Source: Actinomycetota bacterium (GTDB lineage: Bacteria; Actinomycetota; Actinomycetes; Nanopelagicales; Nanopelagicaceae). From it: DNA of 64,000 bases. A program made the translations under genes and the position numbers. The first letter of the stretch is position 1; each line of letters opens with the position of its first letter. The stretch spans positions 1,497-65,496 of the forward strand of contig SYAN01000097.1 of the NCBI GenBank assembly GCA_005787575.1. The letters run 5' to 3'. Positions 1 through 10,321 of this stretch are shown here, in pieces. The notes below the pieces were generated by a model. It did no database searches. It worked only from the letters and a program-made list of their open reading frames with translations, and had not been told where the DNA came from.

Positions 1-1092
1 GCGATGAAGTCTTTCGTATCGTTCTTTCACGACCTCGGCTGGTACTTGATCCGGCATTTCGGCAGCAGGAGTTCCAGGACGCTTTGAATATTGGAATGTG
101 TAGGCCGCAGTGAATTGCGCTTCATCGCAGAGATCTAGTGTCTCCTGAAAATCTGATTCGCTCTCACCTGGAAAACCGACGATGATGTCGGTGGTGATAG
201 AGGCGCCAGGTATCGCATTTCGAACTCGGTCAATGATTCCGAGATACCTACTCTTTCGATAAGAACGTCGCATCGATTGCAGAATCCGATCTGACCCTGA
301 TTGCAGGGGCATATGTAGGTGTGGCATGACATTCTTTGTTTCGGCCATCGCCTCAATCACATCATCTGTGAAATCGCGTGGGTGGGGTGACATAAAACGA
401 ACTCGTTCTAGGCCATCAATCTCACCGCAAGCGCGAAGTAATTTCGAAAAGGCGCCACTCTCTCCCAATTCAACGCCGTAAGCATTGACGTTCTGGCCCA
501 AGAGAGTGACTTCGACAACGCCTTGATCGACCAGCGTTCTCACTTCGCGCAAGATCTCATCCTGGCTTCGGTCTTTCTCGCGACCTCGCAGGGCCGGGAC
601 TATGCAGAAAGTGCAGGTGTTATTGCAACCAACCGAAATCGACACCCACGCTGAGAAGGCTGAGTGTCGCCTAGCGGGAAGAGTCGAAGGAAAGTGTTCT
701 AGCGCCTCTTTGATCTCAACTTGAGACTGCCCCTCAATCCGTGCTCGCTCTAGAAGCACAGGTAGAGACCCGACATTGTGAGTGCCAAAGATGACGTCGA
801 TATACGGAGCGCGCTTCAACATCGATTCTCGGTCTTTCTGGGCAAGACAACCCCCGATGGCGATTTGCAAGTTGGGGTTCTCTCGTTTTGACGGGGCGAG
901 GAAACTCAGCTGACCATAGAGCTTGTTATCCGCGTTCTCCCTTACCGCGCAGGTATTGAAAACGATGAGATCAGGGTCTTCGCCATCGCGGGCGGCGATA
1001 TATCCGGCGGCATCAAGGGATCCTGCTATTCGTTCGGAATCATGAACGTTCATTTGGCAACCCAAAGTTTGGATCGCATAGCGCCGCGTCAT
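1..1092 (-). CDS. miaB: tRNA (i6A37) methylthiotransferase MiaB, N-terminal ~364 codons; the 3' end runs off the window
   Basis: Own translation of the minus strand from ATG (1092..1090) gives [24 protein letters not shown]...[22 protein letters not shown]...[16 protein letters not shown]. It has the N-terminal UPF0004 cysteines plus the radical-SAM CxxxCxxC motif. The frame is open to position 1, so it is absent from the ORF track because there is no stop in the window. Confidence 0.9.
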   Translation of the reverse strand, partial: MTRRYAIQTLGCQMNVHDSERIAGSLDAAGYIAARDGEDPDLIVFNTCAVRENADNKLYGQLSFLAPSKRENPNLQIAIGGCLAQKDRESMLKRAPYIDVIFGTHNVGSLPVLLERARIEGQSQVEIKEALEHFPSTLPARRHSAFSAWVSISVGCNNTCTFCIVPALRGREKDRSQDEILREVRTLVDQGVVEVTLLGQNVNAYGVELGESGAFSKLLRACGEIDGLERVRFMSPHPRDFTDDVIEAMAETKNVMPHLHMPLQSGSDRILQSMRRSYRKSRYLGIIDRVRNAIPGASITTDIIVGFPGESESDFQETLDLCDEAQFTAAYTFQYSKRPGTPAAEMPDQVPAEVVKERYERLHR

Positions 1093-1131
1093 AAAGATGA
1101 AGTCTACAAGCGAGAGGAGAAGCTAGTTTTG

Positions 1132-1641
1132 CTACTGTTTTGCAAGCTCCCTGATCACTTCATTGATCATCTGTGAGGGAAATCCTCGTCGCATAAGTGC
1201 ACCGGCTACACGCCGCTTTGTCGTCTCAATCTCTTCCCCCGCACGGGGTCGCCACTTCTTACGAGCAAACTCCTGAGCAAGCTCCAAATCTGAAGATTCA
1301 GGGATGTCTTCGATGACCCAATCAATCGTCTCCTGATCGATTCCCTTTTCGCGAAGTCCCTGAGATATGACGCGCTTAGAACTCTTCTTCACTCTTCTCG
1401 TTCTATCGCTAAATGCCCGCGCAAAATCCAGGTCGTTGATATAGCCCATCTCCTCGACGCGGAGCAGAACCGAATCACGAATCTCATCACTTGCACCCCG
1501 TTTAGATAGGTGCTTGGAGAGTTCTGACTTACTGAGCGAGCGCCTACCAAGCGCCGTTAAGGCGATGGTAAGCGCTACTGAGAAGGGATCGCTCTCTACT
1601 TCGTCGATTCGCTCAGAGGTCGGGTGATTAGAACTCGACAT
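1132..1641 (-). CDS. recX: RecA regulator RecX
   Basis: Lies directly downstream of recA. The sequence is a helical-repeat RecX type ([51 protein letters not shown]). I prefer ATG 1641 (MSSSNHP..), which overlaps the recA stop by 14 nt. The ORF-track start at 1686 lies inside recA. Confidence 0.85.
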   Translation of the reverse strand: MSSSNHPTSERIDEVESDPFSVALTIALTALGRRSLSKSELSKHLSKRGASDEIRDSVLLRVEEMGYINDLDFARAFSDRTRRVKKSSKRVISQGLREKGIDQETIDWVIEDIPESSDLELAQEFARKKWRPRAGEEIETTKRRVAGALMRRGFPSQMINEVIRELAKQ

Positions 1642-2737
1642 CCGCAGTTGCTTCATCCACTGCAGCAACCAGGGCTGGATCGACAACGGTCGTCATCAAT
1701 CTCGCACGGATCTTAGATTCAATCTCGTTTGCAAGATCTGGGTTGTCAATCAAGAACTGTCTCGAGTTCTCTTTACCTTGTCCGAGTTGGTCGCCTTCGT
1801 AGGTAAACCATGCTCCCGACTTCTTGACGATGCCGTGTTCCACACCAAGATCCAGGAGTGAGCCCTCGCGCGAGATTCCGACACCGTAGAGAATGTCGAA
1901 CTCTGCTTGCTTGAATGGTGGAGCCATCTTGTTCTTTACGACCTTGACTCGCGTCCTGTTGCCGACGGCTTCTTGGCCATCCTTGAGAGTCTCTATGCGA
2001 CGGATATCCATGCGAACGGATGCATAGAACTTGAGCGCTTTACCGCCCGTTGTCGTCTCAGGTGAGCCAAAGAAGACGCCGATCTTGTCTCGAAGCTGGT
2101 TGATGAATATTGCTGTTGTCTTTGAAGAACTGAGTGCGCCAGTAATCTTTCGTAGCGCCTGGGACATGAGTCGAGCCTGGAGACCCATATGTGAATCACC
2201 CATCTCACCTTCAATCTCAGCTCGTGGCACCAAGGCCGCGACTGAGTCAACGACGACGAGGTCGAGCGCTCCGGATCGAACCAACATATCCATAATCTCT
2301 AGCGCTTGTTCACCCGTATCTGGCTGTGAGACCAAGAGAGCATCAATATCAATACCCAACTTTTTGGCATACTCGGGATCGAAAGCATGTTCTGCATCGA
2401 TAAATGCTGCGATGCCACCTTGTTTCTGGACATTGGCAATTGCATGAAGAGTGAGTGTGGTCTTACCTGATGATTCTGGTCCGAAGATCTCAATGACACG
2501 ACCTCGGGGTAATCCACCGATACCAAGAGCGGCATCGAGTGCGATTGATCCAGTCGGAATGACTTCAACAACCTGATTCGCTCGTTCGCTCATCTTCATA
2601 ACAGAGCCCTTACCGAACTGACGCTCGATCTGGGCGAGAGCGGTATCAAGGGCCTTGAGCCGCTCGGGATTTACTTGGGTTTTCTTCGATTCGGGGGCTC
2701 CTGATGATTCAGGGGCGCCTTTAGCCTCGCGGGCCAT
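1628..2737 (-). CDS. recA: Recombinase RecA
   Basis: 369 aa with Walker [10 protein letters not shown] and a core ([43 protein letters not shown]..) that matches bacterial RecA closely. Confidence 0.98.
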   Translation of the reverse strand: MAREAKGAPESSGAPESKKTQVNPERLKALDTALAQIERQFGKGSVMKMSERANQVVEVIPTGSIALDAALGIGGLPRGRVIEIFGPESSGKTTLTLHAIANVQKQGGIAAFIDAEHAFDPEYAKKLGIDIDALLVSQPDTGEQALEIMDMLVRSGALDLVVVDSVAALVPRAEIEGEMGDSHMGLQARLMSQALRKITGALSSSKTTAIFINQLRDKIGVFFGSPETTTGGKALKFYASVRMDIRRIETLKDGQEAVGNRTRVKVVKNKMAPPFKQAEFDILYGVGISREGSLLDLGVEHGIVKKSGAWFTYEGDQLGQGKENSRQFLIDNPDLANEIESKIRARLMTTVVDPALVAAVDEATADVEF

Positions 2738-2882
2738 CGTGCTACCTCTTTAATCTCCCATGTGATGGGCTCTAAGGACCTTTCGGTCCGGACTAGTCCA
2801 GAAGGTACGGAATACCACCGACGGCGGGGACGAATCCCTCGCGGAAATGTGGAACCGCTCTGGTTGGGCATGAGAAGGGTAT

Positions 2883-2898
2883 CCGAACATCTGTTCGA
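2883..2898. promoter_or_regulatory. LexA (SOS) box, actinobacterial Cheo type
   Basis: CCGAACATCTGTTCGA matches the mycobacterial consensus TCGAAC-N4-GTTCGA at 15 of 16 positions. It lies ~150 nt upstream of the recA start, in the recA/cysD divergent spacer. Confidence 0.75.
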
Positions 2899-2973
2899 AT
2901 ACCAGAACCCCTACCTCGGCGAGTCGAATCGGCTAGCTCCACTGCCCTCATAAAGCCTCAATAAGATGCAAAG

Positions 2974-3879
2974 GTGCGTAGCTCAGCGGCGATCCTCCAA
3001 GAACTCGAAGATGAATCCATCGAGATCCTTCGTGAAACGGCAGCGACCTTTCGAAAACCAGTCTTGCTCTACTCGATCGGCAAAGACTCGACCGTCATTC
3101 TCCATCTAGCACGCAAAGCTTTCTATCCAGCGCCTATCCCCTTCCCCCTCCTGCATGTCGACTCCACCTGGAATTTCCGGGAGATGATTACTTTCCGAGA
3201 TGAAGTAGTGAAGCAACATAATCTCAATCTCATTGTGCACATCAACCAAGATGGTCTCAGGGATGGCATAACTCCTTTCAGTAACGGAATCTCTGAATAC
3301 ATCCGAGTTATGAACACAGTTGCACTCAAACAAGCATTTGACCAACACGGTTTTGATGCCGCGATTGGTGGTTCACGTCGTGACGAAGAGCGAAGTCGCG
3401 CCAAAGAACGAATCTTTAGCGTCCGTGAATCCGGCTATCAATGGAATCCCCGCGATCAAAGGCCAGAACTTTGGCGCACCTACAACACCAAACTGCGACC
3501 AGAGCAGACGATGCGAGTCTTTCCAATCTCTGATTGGACTGAACTTGATATCTGGAATTACATCTGGCAAGAGAACATCTATGTAAACCCACTCTATTTC
3601 GCCAAGAAGCGACCGATGGTTCGACGTGGCGAGCAATTAATAATGGTTGATGATGAAAGATATCCGTTAGAACCCGGCGAAAAACCCGAAATGATGATGG
3701 TGAGGTTCAGGACTCTAGGGTGCTACCCGCTCACCGCAGGCGTGGAATCGACTGCAACCTCCATGGAAGAAGTGGTTGAGGAGATAACTGGGGTGAGATT
3801 GAGCGAGAGAGCCACGCGGTTGATTGATGGCGATAATGAAGATTCTATGGAGAAGAAGAAGCGCGAAGGCTACTTCTAA
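2974..3879 (+). CDS. cysD: Sulfate adenylyltransferase subunit 2 (CysD, PP-loop ATPase)
   Basis: 301 aa with a GTG start. It has the PP-loop SIGKDS ([10 protein letters not shown]), a conserved [17 protein letters not shown] block and a C-terminal EKKKREGYF typical of CysD. Confidence 0.9.
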   Translation: MRSSAAILQELEDESIEILRETAATFRKPVLLYSIGKDSTVILHLARKAFYPAPIPFPLLHVDSTWNFREMITFRDEVVKQHNLNLIVHINQDGLRDGITPFSNGISEYIRVMNTVALKQAFDQHGFDAAIGGSRRDEERSRAKERIFSVRESGYQWNPRDQRPELWRTYNTKLRPEQTMRVFPISDWTELDIWNYIWQENIYVNPLYFAKKRPMVRRGEQLIMVDDERYPLEPGEKPEMMMVRFRTLGCYPLTAGVESTATSMEEVVEEITGVRLSERATRLIDGDNEDSMEKKKREGYF

Positions 3880-3915
3880 TCCAAAGAATTTCTAGAAAGA
3901 CTAGAAAGAGATGTT

Positions 3916-4518
3916 CTAGTCGAAGATGGGGCCAACGGTTCGAGAGCGCTTGATCTCGAAGAACCCTGGATACGAAGCAACATTGACGACGCCATCCCAG
4001 AGTTTGCCCGCCGCTTCACCTTTTGGTGCGGGCGAGATGACCGGACCAAAGAATGCAACGTCACCCACCCTGATCAGTGGCGTTCCCACATCATTTCCAA
4101 CTAACGATATTCCTCGTTCATGGCTTTCGATGATTGAGGGATTGAGGGATTCATCATCCATGCGCTCCACTAAATCTCCTGGTAGGCCGACCTCAGCGAG
4201 AGCTTCTGAAAGCAACTCCTGACCCACTGCCATCTTCTTCAGATGGATTCTGGTTCCGATCGCCGTGTACATAGGCAGGACTACTTCTTGTCCATGAGCT
4301 TGCTTTGCCGCCATGATCACTCGCGTACTTCGCCAAGACTTTGGGAAATTCTCTTTATATTTCTCGTTTGTCGTCTCTCGATTGAGATGAGCGAGCGAGA
4401 AGATGTTGAAAGTGACATCGATGTCGCGGACTTTCTCTACCTCAAGAATCCATCGCGAAGTCATCCACGCCCAAGGACAGATCGGGTCGAACCAAAATTC
4501 CGCTTGTTGCTTACTCAC
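3916..4518 (-). CDS. DsbA-family thioredoxin-fold protein, Rv2466c (mycoredoxin-2)-like, with a single-Cys CPWA motif
   Basis: 200 aa. The N-terminal FDPICPWAWMTSRW sits where this family carries its CPWC active site. A 4-nt start/stop overlap with uppS suggests one operon. Confidence 0.7.
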   Translation of the reverse strand: MSKQQAEFWFDPICPWAWMTSRWILEVEKVRDIDVTFNIFSLAHLNRETTNEKYKENFPKSWRSTRVIMAAKQAHGQEVVLPMYTAIGTRIHLKKMAVGQELLSEALAEVGLPGDLVERMDDESLNPSIIESHERGISLVGNDVGTPLIRVGDVAFFGPVISPAPKGEAAGKLWDGVVNVASYPGFFEIKRSRTVGPIFD

Positions 4519-5276
4519 TCTGCTCCTCCAAATCGCCGTTCTCGCTCCGCATAGATCTCAATCGCCTTCCACAGTGTCAATCGATCTACGTCAGGCCAGA
4601 GTACATCCATGAAGACCATCTCTGCATAGGCAGATTGCCACATCAAGAAGTTGCTAGTTCTCTGTTCGCCTGATGAACGAAAGAAGAGATCAACATCATT
4701 CATCTTCGGTTCATCAAGATATTTTCTAAAGAGTTTCTCAGTGACAGCATCCGGTTTGATCCGTCGTTTTGCCACATCGAGAGCAAGGGCTCTTGTGGCA
4801 TCAACAATCTCTGCCCGTCCGCCATAGTTGATGCACATATTTAGCGTCATTGCTGTGTTCCGCCTAGTCAATCGCTCAGCCTCTTCAAGTTCTTTGACTA
4901 CGCTCGCCCAGAGCTTCTGCCTTCTTCCGACCCATCGGACTTTGATGCCACGTTCATGCATCTCGTCCCGACGTTTTCGGATCACTTCGCGATTGAAATT
5001 CATCAAGAATCGAACTTCCTCGGGGCTCCTTCGCCAGTTCTCGGTCGAGAAAGCGTAGACGCTGACTTCTTTCAGTCCTATTTCCAGTGCGCCTTCGACG
5101 ACATCAAATAGCGCTTTCTCCCCGGCTTCATGTCCTTTAGTCCTTGCCATGCCACGTTGCTTTGCCCATCGCCCATTTCCGTCCATGACAATCGCGACAT
5201 GGCGAGGAAGCGCATCTGCCTTGATCTTCGGTGGCTTGGCCCCCGATGGATGTGGTGTGGGTTTTCGATATCTCAT
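4515..5276 (-). CDS. uppS: Isoprenyl (Z-prenyl/undecaprenyl or decaprenyl) diphosphate synthase
   Basis: 253 aa with the cis-prenyltransferase motifs HVAIVMDGNGRWA, YAFSTENWRR and ERRFGG. Confidence 0.93.
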   Translation of the reverse strand: MRYRKPTPHPSGAKPPKIKADALPRHVAIVMDGNGRWAKQRGMARTKGHEAGEKALFDVVEGALEIGLKEVSVYAFSTENWRRSPEEVRFLMNFNREVIRKRRDEMHERGIKVRWVGRRQKLWASVVKELEEAERLTRRNTAMTLNMCINYGGRAEIVDATRALALDVAKRRIKPDAVTEKLFRKYLDEPKMNDVDLFFRSSGEQRTSNFLMWQSAYAEMVFMDVLWPDVDRLTLWKAIEIYAERERRFGGAE

Positions 5277-6052
5277 ACAGCCTGCTCACTTGAATGGCGC
5301 ATGGCGGTCTCACTCAAGGTCCGTTCAACAAAAGGAAGCGAGCGAAGCCCTCGCTCGATATGCCACTGAAGATAAGCAGCGACTAATCCTGAAGCCTCGC
5401 GACGATTTTTCACTTCGCTGATGCTAGCCCGACTCCAGTTCCCACTCAGTAGATCTCCGAGCAATTCCAAAGTCTCGGCAGTCGGCGTCGCGGAGGCTGA
5501 TGGGCGGCACTTTCCGCAGACTGAACCTCCGCCAACAAGTGAGAAGTATCGATGCGGTCCTGGAAGCGAACAGATAGAGCAATCAGTTGTCGATGGCGCA
5601 AACCCAGCGACTGCGAGAGAACGAAGTAGGTATGCATCCAAAATCAAAAGTGAATCATATTTCTCGTGAGCGAGTGCTCGAAGCGCCCCAACAACCAATT
5701 GAAAATGCTGATTCGCGGGTTCGCGTTCATTGCTGGTGAACCGTTCTGCTGCCTCCAAGATCGCATGCGCCACAGTCCACTTCTGATAATCATGTGAGAT
5801 CTCATCGCCGTAGTTCTCGATACCTTCTGCTTGCGTGATGGTGTCAAGATTTTTGCCGACGTAGAGTTGAAGATCGACATGACTTGCAATCTCAAGCCGC
5901 GCACCAAACTTTGACTTAGTTCGACGAACGCCCTTTGCGACCGCTCTTAGACGCCCGTGATCCCTTGTAAGCAAGGTGATGATTCGATCAGCCTCACCGA
6001 GCTTATGTGTCCGAAGCACAACTGCTTGGTCACGGTAGAGAGCCACGGCCAA
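5273..6052 (-). CDS. recO: DNA repair protein RecO
   Basis: The OB-fold N-terminus is ALYRDQAVVLRTHKLGEADRIITLLTRDHGRLRAVAKGVRR, and there is a Cys4 zinc motif (CSICS...CGKC). The ORF-track start at 6136 overlaps leuA. TTG 6052 or GTG 6046 just after the leuA stop is more likely, so the start is uncertain. Confidence 0.85.
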   Translation of the reverse strand: MAVALYRDQAVVLRTHKLGEADRIITLLTRDHGRLRAVAKGVRRTKSKFGARLEIASHVDLQLYVGKNLDTITQAEGIENYGDEISHDYQKWTVAHAILEAAERFTSNEREPANQHFQLVVGALRALAHEKYDSLLILDAYLLRSLAVAGFAPSTTDCSICSLPGPHRYFSLVGGGSVCGKCRPSASATPTAETLELLGDLLSGNWSRASISEVKNRREASGLVAAYLQWHIERGLRSLPFVERTLSETAMRHSSEQAV

Positions 6053-6059
6053 AGAGTAG

Positions 6060-7997
<1,938 letters not shown>

Positions 7998-8037
7998 GGT
8001 CAGAATCTTACCCATCAACTACTGAGGTGAGAAATCC

Positions 8038-9351
8038 CTAGAGAACAGGCAAATACCTATCTAGTTCAAATGCCGTGACTTGGCGTCGATACTCCTGCCA
8101 TTCAGCTCGCTTGTTTCGAAGCACATATTCGAAGACTGGTTCGCCAAGGACCTCGCGGACGAGTTGGCTCTTCTCCATGGCGGCAATGGCCTCACTCAGA
8201 CTGCTTGGCAATGACTCTGCTGACGCATCATCATCAAGACGATAGTCGCCTTTGATCCCTTCAAGTCCGGCTGCAACGATCACTGAGAAGGCAAGGTATG
8301 GGTTACATGCACTGTCAGGTGATCGAACTTCGATTCGAGTAGATACCTCTTTCTTCGGCTTATACATCGGAATTCTCACAAGAGCTGAGCGATCATCACC
8401 ACTCCATGACGCCCTCGCCGGCGCTTCATGACCGCCGAGCAATCGTTTATAGGAGTTGACCCATTGATTGGTAATCAAAGTGAATTCAGGTGCATGCCTT
8501 AACACCCCAGCCACGAATGCCCGGCCGATCTTTGAAAGCTGCCACTTCGCACCAGCCTCAAAAAAAGCATTCTTCTCTCCGGAGAAAAGAGAGAAGTGAG
8601 TGTGCATTCCTGATCCTGCAAAATCAGTAAATGGTTTTGGCATGAATGAAGCATGGAAACCCTGGTCAAGGGCCACCTCTTTCACTACATGTCTAAATGT
8701 CATGATGTTGTCAGCTGTCGAAAGCGCATCGGCATATCGAAGATCGATCTCTTGTTGACCCGGCGCACCCTCGTGATGAGAGAACTCGACTGAAACTCCC
8801 ATTGCTTCCAACATAGTGATCGCTTGACGTCGAAAATCATGCCCCACTGCGCTCGGTGTATGGTCAAAGTAACCACCCTGATCGACCGGTACCGGCACTT
8901 CACCTGCCTTTGGCGTTGACTTAAAGAGGAAGAATTCAACTTCAGGGTGGGTGTAACAGGTGAAACCTGCATCAGCTGCGCGTTGCAGAGTTTGTTTCAA
9001 AACGTGACGCGGATCCGATGGTGAGGGCGAGCCATCTGGCATAGCAATATCGCAGAACATTCGAGCCGCCCCTGGATTCTCAGTTCGCCAGGGCAAGATT
9101 GAAAATGTCTGTGGATCAGGTTTAGCCAACATATCCGATTCACTAACGCGAGCGAAGCCTTCTATCGCAGAACCATCGAAACCGATTCCCTCTTCGAAGG
9201 CGGTCTCTAATTCGGCGGGTGCAATCGCGACCGACTTAAGAAATCCAAGTACATCGGTGAACCAGAGTCGAACGAAGCGGATGTTTCGCTCTTCAAGGGT
9301 TCGAAGGACGAAATCTCGCTGTCTTCCTGAAGTATCAGAATCGGGGAACAT
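8038..9351 (-). CDS. glnA2: Glutamine synthetase family protein, GlnA2 type
   Basis: 437 aa. The N-terminus RDFVLRTLEERNIRFVRLWFTDVLGFLKSVAIAPAELETAFEEGIGFDGSAIEGFARVSESD is almost the same as the mycobacterial GlnA2 sequence as I remember it. Confidence 0.88.
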   Translation of the reverse strand: MFPDSDTSGRQRDFVLRTLEERNIRFVRLWFTDVLGFLKSVAIAPAELETAFEEGIGFDGSAIEGFARVSESDMLAKPDPQTFSILPWRTENPGAARMFCDIAMPDGSPSPSDPRHVLKQTLQRAADAGFTCYTHPEVEFFLFKSTPKAGEVPVPVDQGGYFDHTPSAVGHDFRRQAITMLEAMGVSVEFSHHEGAPGQQEIDLRYADALSTADNIMTFRHVVKEVALDQGFHASFMPKPFTDFAGSGMHTHFSLFSGEKNAFFEAGAKWQLSKIGRAFVAGVLRHAPEFTLITNQWVNSYKRLLGGHEAPARASWSGDDRSALVRIPMYKPKKEVSTRIEVRSPDSACNPYLAFSVIVAAGLEGIKGDYRLDDDASAESLPSSLSEAIAAMEKSQLVREVLGEPVFEYVLRNKRAEWQEYRRQVTAFELDRYLPVL

Positions 9352-9447
9352 GGCTCTAAGTCTGCCTACTGCGTGTTACGGGGATGTTAAACAGCTGAAT
9401 TCTCGAGTGAACCTTCGAGTCAGCTACCGAATCAACAACCGCTTCAA

Positions 9448-10248
9448 CTACCGAATGTAGGTGGCCCCATTGACATCAAAAGTGGCACCGCTCAAGTGGC
9501 GATTCTTGCCACTTGCAAGGAATGCGGTGAGCTCTGCTATCTCCTCAGGCGGAACCCACTCACCCATAGCAAGTCGTGCAGTGATCACTTCTTCACCACC
9601 CATCGACTTCGCAGAATTCTCACTCATCGCAGTCCTCACAATTCCGGGTGCGATCAGATAAGCGAAGATCCCAGATTTTCCATAGGCACGTGCAACTGTT
9701 TTTAATAGCGCAGCAATCGGTGCCTTCGAAGCTGCATAACCACTAAGTCGCGGATTTCCCGAACCTTGTTGTGCCGCCCAACTTGTCATCCCGATGATCG
9801 TTCCACCACCCATTTCCAAGAAGTGATTGACCGCCCTTCTGATCAAGAGTGCCGTAGAGCGCACATTGACTTGTAAAGCTCGATCAAATGCATCGAGCCA
9901 GTCTTCTTCACTATCTTCCAAGGAAGCTTCTGGCATAACGGCAGCATTTGCAACGAAGATGTCGACGCGACCCTTCCATGCTTCTGCTTGCTGCCAAAGC
10001 GATGAATAACCGTTGGGAGCTGCGAGGTCGGCACCAATCACGATTGCTTGGTCTGCTCCAGCACCTTTGGTCGCCAACTCAGCGCCAGCTTTATCTCCAC
10101 CATAGTGGGCGATTACCGATGCGCCACTTGCAATCAGACGTGAAGTGATGGCGCTTCCGATTCCTTTCGAAGCACCAGTAACTAGTGCGACTCGACCTTC
10201 TAGATTCTCGGGCACATCAACTCCCCTCTTGCCATCTTTCGTTCGCAT
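9448..10248 (-). CDS. Short-chain dehydrogenase/reductase (SDR)
   Basis: Carries VTGASKGIG, the YAASK catalytic motif and a C-terminal NGATYIR. It is a clear paralog of the SDR at 23673..24440. Confidence 0.85.
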   Translation of the reverse strand: MRTKDGKRGVDVPENLEGRVALVTGASKGIGSAITSRLIASGASVIAHYGGDKAGAELATKGAGADQAIVIGADLAAPNGYSSLWQQAEAWKGRVDIFVANAAVMPEASLEDSEEDWLDAFDRALQVNVRSTALLIRRAVNHFLEMGGGTIIGMTSWAAQQGSGNPRLSGYAASKAPIAALLKTVARAYGKSGIFAYLIAPGIVRTAMSENSAKSMGGEEVITARLAMGEWVPPEEIAELTAFLASGKNRHLSGATFDVNGATYIR

Positions 10249-10321
10249 CTCGGACCTTGCCCCGAACCATCAATCTACTTCCCACTCGGTAAATGCGAAA
10301 GACTCGTATCATTCGACTGCC

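Noticed and set aside
135-356. 73-aa ORF from the track at the left edge
   Set aside because: It lies out of frame inside the clearly recognisable miaB coding sequence (minus strand, open from 1092 to 1), so it is a shadow ORF.
1993-2571. Several 85-138-aa ORFs on both strands inside recA
   Set aside because: All overlap the highly conserved recA frame and have low-complexity, Ser/Arg-rich translations. They are shadow ORFs.
9375-9392. GTTAC-N6-GTTAAAC upstream of glnA2 as a GlnR box
   Set aside because: It only loosely resembles the GTnAC-N6-GaAAC consensus. There is a single half-site pair only 24-41 nt from the start codon, which is too close for the usual activator position. I keep it as unproven.
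10145-10321. N-terminal extensions of ORF-track models (also 5273..6136, 25017, 27620, 32619, 34939, 47357, 52666..52785, 54612 and 55607)
   Set aside because: The extended starts overlap neighbouring or divergent genes and add non-conserved, Ser/Pro/Arg-rich residues. Internal ATG/GTG starts with RBS or conserved N-termini fit better.
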